64,000 bases of DNA, taken from NCBI GenBank assembly GCA_973895155.1, contig OZ316895.1, positions 15,692,816 to 15,756,815 on the forward strand, given 5' to 3'. Positions within the stretch are counted from its first letter, which is position 1, and each line of letters starts with the position of its first letter. The notes beneath the pieces were generated by a model, which was given only the letters and a program-made list of their open reading frames with translations, had not been told where the DNA came from and did no database searches. The position numbers and the translations under genes were made by a program. Shown piece by piece: positions 35,185-47,749 of this stretch. Source of the DNA: Marsupella aquatica (Eukaryota > Plantae > Marchantiophyta).

Positions 35185-37987
35185 TCAGTCATCACTGGGA
35201 CTGCTGGGAGAGGAATCCGCTTCTAGGAATCTGGTCATTTTTTTGAAAGCGGCTGCTGACTTTAATAGCCTTTTGCTCTCCAAGTGCTTCTGAATGTAAC
35301 CAGCAAGATCAGCATTCAGCCCTCTGTCGTAGAGAAATATTTGGAAGTTATTCACCAACTCGTCCTTGCCATTCCTGCATCAAGAGGCGAGGACCACTTA
35401 AGATTCAAGCCCCATGCCTCATCCCTAAGTTCCCAGGCGAACTACGTCAATCTGAATGTACCCGCTTCACAGACAGACTTCAGATAACATCAATGGCAGC
35501 AAGAAAACATTAATGGACGATGCCTACCAAGACATCCTTAGATAAATCATATTCACCTATGCATATGAAAACTTTAGTTTCGTACTGTGAGGTTAGATAA
35601 CTGTGAGAATTATCAATCTAAACCCTCAAAATCTGATGAAATTCAGACGACAGTGGAGACTCATACGAAGAAATTCAACCAAATATCAAATGTACTTCAT
35701 AAGGATTGACCCCTCAGAAGCGCGGATAGTATTTAATCATTGCCTCCACGATGTGTAACAAAGAGACGAGGTGACTTCATTTCATGTATTCCTCGTTTCA
35801 TTTCAGTACTGCAAAATACCAAAAGATAAGACGAACACCTATACCTACCGGTGGGATCTAAAATGTATCAACCAACAGAAGACTCATACGAAGAAATTCA
35901 ACCAATATCGAGTATGCTTCATCAGGTTTGAACCCTCAGAAGCGCGGATAGGATGTAATCATCGTCTTCAGTCTCTCGAACCATCCTACATACGAGATTC
36001 GGCCAAGAGAGGACAACATAAGCTAAAGGACATCTCCGCGTCCGAGTAGCAAAGTATTCATCTCTCCTGAGCACACGCCCCTACCGTTCACTACCATCCT
36101 TCGCGTCAATGCCTTACTGTGTCATCCCAGGCATTGCTGATATTCACTAAAGCGCCGTTGGTTTGATTTTCGTACAATCCGTCTGTCAACGCTTTTCGAA
36201 ACGTATACAAGAGTGACCCCAAGCCTATCTCAGTTAATACATCGTCTGAACAGCGGTGTCAACTCGTTTTTTTTAAACGAAACGTCTTCAACTGTTGACT
36301 CCCCTTTTAAAATATAAGCCATTAGCTATGATTCATTGAGCCATCGTAAACCGTTCTGTAAATGACTCGGAAACTAACGAATGGCAGACTGAGAAAACGA
36401 TTACTAATTACCACGGAATGCGACATCAATAGGATTGGGTGACAACTCAAACGAAGAAATTCAACCAATCTGATGATATCTCCATCAGGTTTGACCCATC
36501 AGAAGCGCGGATACAATTTAATCATTGCCTTCACAGTCTATCCTCCAGACATGAAAGATGCAGGTCGGTACAGGGCGAGGGAATGCTCTGGTCAAATTTA
36601 ACCAAAAAACAGGCATTTGTAGAGTGAACTTCAATCATCCTATGGCCATACATTCGGTACCACACACAGAACAATAACAAAATCTTGTACACCTACTTCG
36701 AAATGTAGGTGGAAGAGGCTTACGAGAAGTATGGGCGGTATACTGTCTGTTCCTTGTCTTCATATTGTAGATCAACTTGGTGAATGGCAAAACCATCCCG
36801 GTAACACTCGCATCTGATTTCGAGAGTGGGAGATACGCCACCTTTCGTGATCGAAATCGTCAGCTGCAACATCTTCGTTCGACTCTCCGGGTCTTCACCG
36901 ACTTCCGGCTTGCGCTGATAATTTTTTCTCACTAGTTGCAGAACACAAGACATAGTGATGTCTTCCAACCCATATATTCTAGTCAACGTCATCTCCATCT
37001 CTCCAGGTTCGTCCTTCACAATTGTGAACGGTTTGGGTGGTTTCCTCTGTGTGATGTTCTGCAAAACACTTCGACACGAAGTGTATGTCAAACATTTATC
37101 GTACGATAAGGTTTCCAGACACTCTGGAAATAGCTCTAGACATGACAGAAAGCGGGTGACATTCTGCATGAGGTACAGCGGAAGCAGATGTGCCCAATGG
37201 GAAGCACATAACCAAGAAAAGCCATATTGTCTCGCAAGGCTTGCTCAAAAGGAAAGAAAAAAAGGTCTAGGATTGGCGAATCAGGGAGGATTAATCACAA
37301 CTGACCAAGATGTCGAGATCCTTCTGGCAACAATAGGCATGAACAAGCTTACGCTGCCTAAGTGCAAAGCAAGCATCACTTTGTAATATGCGCACTTTAA
37401 AATTAGGTTCTAGAAGAAAGTCATCCACTGGACCTCAGTACAGTGCACACTCAGACACCACACTCGGACAAACCGAGGAATAATCCCAAAAGAAACGATG
37501 TCCGGACACATAATAATCTTCAGCATCACAAAAATCCAGCAATAGAACAATGCAGAAGAAAATTCGCCTACATCAGCTTACAGATACAAGGCAGAACTTG
37601 GCAGGGAATACCGTAACTCACCAGCAATCGCTTCGTACAGTCTTCGACTTCGCAGCGGAACACGTGCAGGAGACCCTCGTCTCCTTCGTGCAAGCCAATG
37701 TCTACACCTTTTACTGCACAAGAGGCAAAATGTGACTTCTGGACACGCGACGGATACAGAAAACAATCCCCGGTTGCTGCTGCTGCTGTGGGTCCATTCC
37801 ACGCGAGTGCTGAAGTCTTCGAGCTCCATCTCCTCGCCTGTTGTGGCAGCACGACCTCGTCACCCAATGGCTGAGATATCACCGGCAACCACACTCGAGA
37901 ACCACTGGCTATTCCACGATTCCCCCGTCCAAAAGCCCGACTGGAAGCTTTCCACCACAACAACAAAGCCGAACTCCTCCTCCTCAT
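35185..37987 (-). CDS. Mitochondrial glycoprotein, MAM33/p32 (C1QBP) family, 296 aa, 3 exons; snoRNA host gene
   Basis: Exons 37987-37622, 37058-36724, 35374-35185 (891 nt, GT-AG, frame kept). Arg/Ser-rich transit-peptide-like N-terminus; PKPFTIVKDEPG..LTRIYGLEDI, LTISITKG..LEIRC, YRPYFS..DELVNNFQIFLYDRGLNADLAGYI fit the MAM33 pattern. Confidence 0.85.
35653..35749 (-). ncRNA. C/D box snoRNA, U36a-like (copy A), intronic
   Basis: Terminal stem GUGGAGGC/GUCUCCAC, C box AUGAUUA, guide CUAUCCGCGCUU + D' CUGA, guide GGUUGAAUUUCUUCGU + D AUGA. Guides are complementary to LSU rRNA GUGAAGAAAUUCAACCAAGCGCGGGUA. Confidence 0.88.
35878..35969 (-). ncRNA. C/D box snoRNA, U36a-like (copy B), intronic
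   Basis: Stem GAAGAC/GUCUUC, C box AUGAUUA, D' CUGA, C' UGAUGA, D AUGA, and the same two rRNA guides. Confidence 0.9.
36439..36534 (-). ncRNA. C/D box snoRNA, U36a-like (copy C), intronic
   Basis: Imperfect stem GUGAAGGC/GUUGUCAC, C box AUGAUUA, D' CUGA, C' UGAUGG, D UUGA; both guides conserved. Confidence 0.85.
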
Positions 37988-38168
37988 AGTTTCCACATCC
38001 CTCGGCCTCAAGATTTGTAGCGTAGGTCACCCGACGAGATGGCTGGCAATGTTATCGAGAAACTCCAGAATCACGGATGCAATTCTGTTCGACATGCATG
38101 GCTCTCTCCTATGGCCGCCCCGCCGTCTCTAATGTGTAATGCGTCTAATTGGCAGAGTGGCCGTGAAG

Positions 38169-38236
38169 TTAGGGTTTGTAGACCACATCCAACATTTCTG
38201 TTAGGGTTTACTCTTGGGGTTCTTTAGTTAGGGTTT
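38169..38236 (-). promoter_or_regulatory. Three telo-boxes (AAACCCTAA) upstream of the MAM33/snoRNA host gene
   Basis: ttagggttt at 38169, 38201 and 38228, about 180-250 bp upstream of ATG 37987. Confidence 0.6.
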
Positions 38237-41200
38237 CAAATCACCCCCACAAGGTTTAATGAGGGTGATGGTCACCAAATGTCATTTAGATCGTCACCGG
38301 CAATTAGTTTGTGGACCCGTGTTTTACACCTTTGTCATTAAACTTATATATGTTCTTTGGCAAAGGTAGTTGGAACTCATTTTAAACTTCTTGCTTAAGC
38401 ATTACCTTTGTGTCACCTTTGATGTCAACCAAGTAAACCTGGTTCGTACTTCATTATGCAGGTCTTGATGTCATCTGGTGGGTTTTCTTCATTATGGAGG
38501 CCTTGATGTCATCTGGTGGATTTTCAAGCCAAACATTTTTACAAACCCCCATTAGGGGTCCTTTCCAAATTCCAGCCTCCACAGCACACCACATCATCAT
38601 GGCACAGAACGCTGCAAACACAAAGAGACTTTTTTTTGGATAAAATTAACTTCTACATTCGTGACAACTTTTCTGTAAAAACTGGGACGCCATGCCATAA
38701 AAGAGAATATAAAACAAACTGACATGCAAATCAAAAAACATAAAGATTGAGATAAAATTACTCCCAATAACGGTTTTATTTACATTTTGATTTTATTCAA
38801 AACATTAAAAAAAATTATTCTCTAAAGAAAAAAATTCAAAAATGGACAAGTCAATGTTTGACACTTGAAACAGTTGCCAAACTTACCAAGGCAACCATAA
38901 CTAACATCAATCACAAAACTAGCTGCAATGTGAACTAGTGTTTAATGTGTTGGTAGCATAATTGTCCACTTCAGCAATTGAAAGTACTCACTTTTCAATT
39001 CCTACACGCAAAGAGACGAAGAGAAAGAAGTAGCCGGTGTCATCAAATCACTAACTTTGTAGAATTGTTTGAGAAAAAAAGTTTCATGGAAACAAATCTC
39101 CAATTGTAGAATTTGGAACCAATCGAAAGCTAGAGAAATTTAGAAACTCATGAGCACTTTAGTACTTGATAGAATCTCCCAATGTCACATTAATTGGAAT
39201 TCTAAAACTCATAATCTCCTTAGTATTCCATAAAATATGTCAATTTTAGGTTCATTCTCATGGAATGGATCAAGGGATTGTGCAACAGAGATTTATATTC
39301 ACGCTATAGATTATGAAATCATGGGTAAAATTGGGGGTAAAATCTATTTTTCAAATTACTTACTCAATTCTTACCAAATGGTGACAATCCTGAGCTCATT
39401 AGGACCGTCTCTTCAAGATCTTTAATAGCCAACGAGATGAACACGGTCAAGCTCATGAATTGGCTTGACAACCAAGAGGCTTAATTGACCATGCTTTTGT
39501 GTTAGGCCATTGTTGGCGGTTGAATCATAAAATCCAAAGCTATAATACAAGGTTGCATCTTTTTATAGCATGGTCGTCATTCAAAATTTGTAGTGTCAAA
39601 AATTTGCACATGACAAACATAAAAAAATCTAACCAAAGAGAAGGAATCAAACAAAAATAACATTATTTTAATTTAGTGTGAATAAAAATGAAGTGCAGGG
39701 TTTCCAAGCAATAAGAGATCCAACTGGACAAAGGAAATGGGAGGGCCTTTATCAATGCACAGTTAGGGTCAATGAGATTCGCTTTACAAACTCAATAAAA
39801 AGTGTGAGAACCATTAGTAGCCTTTCATTAAAATTTGGTTTTCTTGGCACCGTCAAATCCATCTATACCCCTTTTAATCTCAATTGCCTCTGCTCGAGCT
39901 GCCCGTAGCCTGCCCAAACCTAACCAAGATGAAAATTTCATTAAAAATTATTTATCAAAATGAAAATGAAATACCTATGATCGTCATTTTGCACGGGTTA
40001 TTGAACACCATCAGAACAACTTTACCTTGCGTTCATAGTTTTCTCATCTTACCATTTTTCTTCACAATGACATTTTATCTCACCCTGGACATCTTTTACT
40101 CATCTCTACATCTTCATCTTTTTTGCACCCTCACCATCTTTTCTCACCTCAACATCTTACTTTTTCTCACCTTGACATTTGTATCTCACCACAACATCTT
40201 TCCCTCACCTCGATATCAAGGTAGTGGGGGAAGAAGAATGGCTCTACAATTGGGGCATTTGAGCACACCAAAAGATAGCTAAGCATTCCACCTAGTGAAC
40301 CCTTATGGTAATAAGGTAGTGAAGTCAATTCTTCTTTGCCAACCTTGATAGAGGTGGGGGAAAGAGTGGTTCACTGGAAAAGAAGAGAAGGAAGGAAGAG
40401 CAAGACCTGATCAGGAAGCAGAGTGAAGAGCAGAGAAAGAAGGAGGAGACCAGGAAGAAGTTGCCCCTGATTACTCTCGAGGAAGAAGAAATTCCAACAG
40501 AGCTTGTTTAACTCGGGGCAAAGAGCACCAAGAAGAGCACAATCAAGCACATTGTGTCAACCAATTTTGCTCGAGGGGGGGAGTGGGGCAGTGTTTCAAA
40601 GGCAGAGCAAAGGCAAGTGATGAATCAAGTGAACTAAGGATGCATTTCAAAACGGAAAAGAGATTGACTCATAGTGGCTTGTAGACAAAATTGACAATTC
40701 TATGTCCCAAGCAAGATATCACGACAAGAAGATCAGAGCTCACCTGAGAGACCTGGAGGAGTACAAAAATCTGCAACGGCCATTGCAATTCTCTAAGGAT
40801 GTCTGGAACATACGCCTTCTAGCTACCAGACTGAGGTGAAGCTTAAAATAGTTAGGCTCCTCAAGGAATTCATTGAGAAGCTGGCAAAGGCCCAGAAGGC
40901 AAGAGAGGTCGGGAAATCTGATCGTGACCTGAAGGCAATGGAGCAAAAGGTGGCCCAACTCCAGCAGGTTGTGGCAAATGTCGGTGATCCGCCCAAAAAA
41001 ATTCTCAAGGCAACTGAGTGCATCCAAGAGAAGCCCAACCCACAGGCTCAGTCAAGGTGCCCTCCCCCCCCCCCCCCCCACCTCAAGGCAACATTCATGA
41101 GTGTCTCCTACTCCTCCCTTCACTCCTTCCTGCTCCAATTCCTCTTTCAAGACATTTGCAATGGCCCCTAATTGTTTCCCTTGAGCTAGTAACTAGCTAC

Positions 41201-43807
41201 TTTCAAACCTGACAAGTCCTTTCAGGTTGTGCACACTCAGGACATAGTAAGGTTATAGTAGTTCTTGATAAAACTTATAATGTGCTTGAAATATATTATC
41301 TTACTTAGTAATATTGATGTGTTTGTAAGACCCTACTATATGGTGGGTAGTGAACAAGTGATTAATAACAAGTGCTATAAACTAAAAGCCGTTGCCTCTA
41401 TGTATTTGAGTTGGTCTGCTCCCAATATACCCCAAAGCCCTTAGTTTACCCTGTTGGGTTTCTCTCTATGAATAGACATGGAATTCCACTTACTATCCAG
41501 GAAGGTTTGCCTTGATCTCAAAGAATCACTCTATCTAGTACTTTGATCACTAAGAGACAACTCCCTTCAAGATCATGTACCCTATATAAGCACATTTCTT
41601 ATGTACATACATAAACACAACAGTATATGTAAACTATCAAGAACTATAATAAGAGGTTGAGTCAAAAAATGGTGTGGTCCTCATTCAAATTTGCAGGGCA
41701 CAGAAATTAATAAATCTTGTCAAAGGTAAGTAATAAAGCCAAAGTGTGAATTTAGTTTATTATGAGTCACCAAAAGTTGCACCATTGTCCAAACAAAAAA
41801 TAATTACACGAGCAAATAATAAAAAAGTGAAAAACTTTAACACAATGCACCAGGATCAAGGAGTATCCTCCCTCCATGATCCATGCAAGGAAGTATTAAT
41901 TGTACATACTCACATGCAAGTAAGTATTTTACATATTCAATATTGTGATGAAGTATAGTTTTGTGTAATACTTGCATGGTAGGAGGAATTTGATTGCTAA
42001 TAGCATTTTAGTCAATAGAGAATTGCATTACTTATTAAAAAAAACTTGTTCTCCCAATATTTGTGGTGATTTTTACAGTCATTTGCACTGTCATTTTTAA
42101 TGCCAAAAACAAAAGGAAAAGCCCAAAGACATAGTGAAGCGCATGGCAGGGGCATTGATTTTAGGGTGTCCGGTGAGGGGCACACTCACAATGTAGGCCA
42201 GCCCCTTGAACGGCTCCAGCCTCGCATGGGTGGGGTGGGGGGGGTGGCGAGCGAGTGGCGTGATGGTGAATGAGAAAAAGATCGAGAAGACCAAAAATAG
42301 TGAAAATGAAGGGAAAAGGGGGGGGGGGGTTAAGGATTAAAAGAAACAGAAGAGAAAAAAAGGGGGGAAATGAAAAAAACACCTCTAATTTTGTCACATT
42401 TTGTGGTGGTCATAACCAGTTTTTTGTGCAATGATATCTTTTATTCAAGAATATTTTTTGTGCAAGGAGAAAAAAGGAAAAGAAAAAAAGGGAACTTTTG
42501 TGGGGTTTATGGTTTAGGGCAATGATATATTTCACTCAACAAATTTTTTTGTGCAATAATAATAATATATTGTAACATCTTATTTTTTATTATTCAACTA
42601 TATCTTTTGCACCATTGATGTATTTCTCAATGACATCTTTAGCATAATGATATCTTTACCAAAAATCATCTTTTATGCAACGCAAGGGGATTGAAAGGAC
42701 AATGACAGAACAATCATCTTCGCTAAACCCTAAACCCAAAACCTATAATATAACATTGTGCCAATTTATAGAGTGATAGTTATTCAAATGCAAGGGCATT
42801 TTGGGTGAAAAAACAAAACAAAATTAGAAAAAGACAAAGACAAAGGAATAGGACCAAAAACACCATGCCTCCCCTTGGATGCAGGCTCTTTAGGGTGGCA
42901 TTTAGGGTAGCATTTAGCTGCAAGACAACCCTGATTCTTGGTAGACTTGCTCCTTCCCTCCTGGACTTTTTACTTCAAAACATCTTTCACGTAAGGACAT
43001 TATGGGTGAAACAACACTTTTTTCTTATAACATCTTTTGCTTCACAATATCTTTGGCAAAATGACACCTTTTTCTTAAGACCATCTTTCACATAATGGCA
43101 TCTTTGGCAAAATTATTTCTTTTCTCTTAACAACAACTTTTTACTTATCTTGTACATAACAATATCTTGGGTGATACATCTTTTTTCTTAATGATATCTT
43201 TTGTGCAACACACCTGTATTTTTCCTCAACTATGTCTTGGTTGACACAACTTTTTTTTTCAACAACCTCTTGGCTAATACAATATTTTTTTCTCAACCAA
43301 ATCTTGGCAAGCACCAAAATTAAGATAATTATAGCAATTAGAAGATGGTTAGTTAAGCATTAGAGGCCAGATAAGAGGCCTTAGTATACTAGAGCTAGAT
43401 AGGCCCGCCCCTTTCCAAAGTCCCCAACATCACTATTGCCAAGAGTTGGATCCTCCAATTGGACCCTCTTACCAAAACTGTTTTACCAAAGGGCGTGTCA
43501 CCCATCCTGGTTAGCCTTCAGGTATGCAATCAGAATTTGGAGAGACTTGTAACCCACTTTGACGAGTAACTTGTTAAGCATTTAATAGTGCTCTGTAGCT
43601 CTTTTGAATTTGAGTGATTATTGATTGTAAACTCCTACAATCACTTCCCATGGTGGAATGCATAAAAAATTCTGAGTGTCATTAGAGGTGTCTGAACCCC
43701 ATTTTTATGGGGAGATGGGTGTTAAAAAAGTTGTGGTAAGTTTTAAACCAAATACGTGAGTCGCAGCACTCTCGTGCTCTACCAATAGCCCATCTAGATT
43801 ATAGGAT

Positions 43808-44105
43808 CTCGGGGGGTTGACTATCAAAAAATTTAGGAACCACGTGCAATCCAAAATAGATATTTTTCATAGAAATTAGCTAAATTTTTAAAACACGTGG
43901 GAAGCAAAAGAAGGTATTATAAACCATTATTTGTAGAATATTCTTTAATATATACCTTTTATAAAGTAAAGTAAGTCATCAATATTGAAAAGAGAGAATA
44001 TATTTATAATATCACATTATAAAATATGTGTGTTTATATTAGGCTAGGATTAGACGTGGTATCGAGCGTGGTATCCCAAAATATACACTAAGTTAACCCC
44101 CCGAG
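43808..44105. mobile_element. MITE family A, copy 2
   Basis: TIR ctcggggggttgact...agttaaccccccgag; degenerate 8-bp TSD tataggat/tacaagat. Confidence 0.88.
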
Positions 44106-46461
44106 TACAAGATGCCCAAGACTTGTTTTTCTAGATATTTACTTTAAGTTTTTGGGCATGAAAGGCCAGCCATCGATTAATGGACCAGGCACAACATGAC
44201 AACATTAAATGTGAATCTTGTGATTTATAGAATGAAATGGGCCCCAACGTTCTATAGTAAGGGCTTCCTCCTTCCATAGTACTTGTTAGAGGTGAAGTCT
44301 GGTTGATGACGCTGAGCTTTTTCTACCTCTAGCTGGCCTTTCACGGAGCTCGCCATGGTGAACTTGGCTAAGCTTTCCAAGTTTTCTTTGATGTGTTGGT
44401 GGCTTGTTTGACAGTCTCTTAGAGAGTGGAATCGTGTGTTGTGGGGGACCCCACCTAAGCCTACAACTTATTGATTTTGATCACAGCTTCCACTGTATGT
44501 GGAGGTTGATCTAACATCTTGGTCAGCCATGGCAACTTTCGCTAAAGCCAACTCAACCTGAGCTATAGCAATTTTCTTCTTCTTAGAAGCAATATGCCTG
44601 AGTTTGCTCAATACATGTTTCTTGCTCTCTACTAACATTAATTTTGTCTCTATCAGCCAAACTACAAAACACATGCTCTCTACTAAGATTAATTATGTCT
44701 TTATCTGCCAAACTGTAAACAACATTGGATTAACTCCTATATGCAGCTCGTGTAGATTGCATGCCCTCCCCAAAGAATTTGAAAATAATTAAAAAATGTT
44801 ATATCAATCAAGACAGAAACAAAGAACAGATTTCAATTATCTGAGTTTTACTTCAAAGCCAAACTTGTACTCTATTAATCTTTTAAATCTTTTTTTTATG
44901 GTTTTATCACTTGTCTTGATAAAACCAATTAGAGCATAGCTCATGAACAGTATACTCTACTAACCTCGTCATTCCTACCTAGCACCTTTATCTTTAGCAA
45001 AGTTGCAGTCACAATCTGTCCAATAGGATCTCTTGTGAATTATGATCCTGCTATTCTACCCCACTGTTTGTTTCTTTCGTGAAAAGTGGGGAGGGAGGCT
45101 GGCGGTGGACGCCTGCGGCCTGCCCAACCCAAGAGGCCCTTTAGATCAGGATTAATAATGTTTCTTTGACACATGTCAGGAATCATTGACCTTAGATGGA
45201 GGGCTGGAGTGACATTATTAGAATTCTTGGCATTAGGATAATTATTCTTTCATGACCAACCTATAATTAAGCTACTTAGTTATCACTCTTGGACAAACAC
45301 ACCATGTATGTTGGCATGGTATCACGACCTTGATTTGAGGCTAGTTTTCATTTGGTGGCAAACAATAGGGCCCTGATTAGAATGACCCAACTATCTAATC
45401 TTAATGTAAGCTGACATGCATAGACAAGCACTCTCTTCAATGTTAGCAGGGCTAGCCTGGTTCTTATCTTCCCTTAATTCAAGGGGATCATTGCCTCCCC
45501 CTACTCTGATGTATATTTCTCTTCTCTTTGTGAGAATTAATCAAGTATTGTCTTCAAGACTTGCACAAAGATGTGAGGTGAATTGGCAAGTTAAGTAGGG
45601 ATTCAAATTGAATGAACTGCAGGGTATTCGCAAATCACGTACTTCATCTTCATAATTCTTAGTGCTCTGTGAAGGGTTTAGGGTTTAGGGAAGCATAGTT
45701 TAATTTATTTTGAGTTCACAGTATTTGAGTTGTTACCATTTTGGAGTACAACTCTTCCTTTTTCACAGTGGAGCGGGCAATAATCACGCTTGCTTAGCTC
45801 CATTATCAATACAAGGTGGTTAGATGAGAACCAAAAATCAAGCAAACAATTCAGAAGGGGATACAGAGAGTGGCACTAGGATGTGTAGAGATTCAATGTT
45901 TTTTTGGTTTGAAAACTGCCCTTGAGAGAGCCATGTGGCTTCAATTGCAAGTGGGCCAACCCCAGTTTATATTTTGTATTTATTGAGCATTTGTGAAGGG
46001 AAGAGGTAAGGCAGTGTAGCAATAGGAAGCCAAGACTTTGCTCTTGAGCCCATATTTAATTCACATTTGCAAATGCACTGTATGTATAAGAACGACCGGG
46101 TGGACTCCTAATTTGCTAACAGACCTCGTGAGTCCCTAACTCACCATTAAACTTATTAGGAGGGACCCTAAGTAGCTACTGAACTTACTCATAAGGCCCC
46201 CAGTTTTCCAAAACCTCCTAAGTACCACCTGGCAAGTGCAAGCGTTACTCACCTCACTGACAAGTTACCTAGTTTGCCACTTGCTCCTAACTACTCAGTA
46301 GCCCAACCTCGCCAGATCTTCATCGTTGTTTAACAGGGTGCCAATCACCTTACCTTGTCTCTCACCCAAAATAAAACAATACTTTGAACATTGAAGTTAG
46401 CTACTACCTCCCTCTAATATCTAGGCCAGGGCATCCAGCTCCTAGCTCAAAGGCACAAAAA

Positions 46462-46750
46462 CTCAGGGGGTTGACTATCAAAAATCTTAGGAACCACGTG
46501 CAAATCCAAAATATGTATTTTTGATAAAATTAACTAAATTTTTAAAAAGTGTAGGAGGCAAAAGAAGAGATTATAAACTCATGTTTATAGAATATTCTCT
46601 AATATCTACCTAGTTTTATAAAGAAAAATAAGTTATTAATATTAAAAATCGATAATATTATTAGAATATTTTCTTTATAAAATAAGTCTATTTATATTAG
46701 GCTAGGATCGCACCTGATACCCCAAAATATACACTTAATTAACCCCCGAG
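46462..46750. mobile_element. MITE family A, copy 3
   Basis: TIR ctcagggggttgact...ttaacccccgag; perfect 8-bp TSD cacaaaaa (46454-46461, 46751-46758). Confidence 0.9.
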
Positions 46751-47749
46751 CACAAAAACAAAATGAAAATGAATGTGCTTGTGAATGTGTGTTCATTTCT
46801 GGCTTGATTTGACTTAAATGGCCAAAAAAGGATTTGGCTTATTTTTCAAAGAATATGTACATATTAAAGTCTTCCAATGTCTAGGCCCAAAACTCAGGTT
46901 GTAAAAGCTATTATTTAATTAAGGAGTTACCCAAAGTATGAATTTTGTTACATTGTGAACACCCTTAAATTTATTGTTCCCATCACCCAGGTATGACTAA
47001 ACAAAATTCCTTGACGTACTTAACACACACACTCCTCATAAGGGAGTATTCATGGTACTTAGGGTTTACTAGCCTTGATCGTGTCTGGTCCATACTGGCC
47101 TTCCTCCGTGGTCCAAACTGGCATCACATTAGGGCAAAATTCACTCTTAAAGGTTGTGTTAGTGCCCAATTATTACTGTTACGATTGTAAAGTACATGTT
47201 ACCAGTGGAAGAAGAACGTTACTATCACCTTAGATACCATCCTATCAATGAGCACACTGATTTCCAGCCATCAACTACTCCATCCATCTGTTGTGGTGCA
47301 CGGGACTGCAAAGGACATCTTGAAGGACATTGCACGCAAACTCATTTGATGAGAATGCAAGTGGTGGAAAGGAGACGTTTGAGCTCAAACCAGCGACTGC
47401 CTTCATTTGTGGAGCTAAGGACAAGGACCAAGCCGTGAAGTGGGAGCTTCCCGCTTTAATCAATAGTGAAGCTGCAAGCTGGGATCGAGGTATGAGGTTA
47501 GAGCCGCAAGCTAGCTTAGATCCTAGTTTAACTTAAAACAGTTGTAGGCTAGGACTAAACCTACAAGGATCCGTGTGCAACCTCCAACTTTAGTTCAAGT
47601 CTTTTGTGCACTTTGAGGTCCGATCTTATTGAGTATGCTCAAAGGGAGTTGCGTCTAGTCGAGAGGTCCTCCAACCTGGCCTGCGCCGATCCAGGTAACG
47701 TCCTATTACAAATGTTGTTACTGTTCTATTGAGCTTGTTCAATCACTTC

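Noticed and set aside
35585-35630. U38-like guide or H/ACA hairpin
   Set aside because: Only ~8 nt of rRNA complementarity and no C/D boxes; a single hairpin is insufficient.
35660-36515. 25S rRNA pseudogene fragments (gaagaaattcaacc, aagcgcgg on the plus strand)
   Set aside because: The matches are only 11-16 nt and sit within C/D boxes and terminal stems on the minus strand; they are snoRNA guides.
45673-45690. Telomere or interstitial telomeric array (similar motifs at 6465, 35101, 42724)
   Set aside because: Only 2-3 units each, too short to be a telomere relic.
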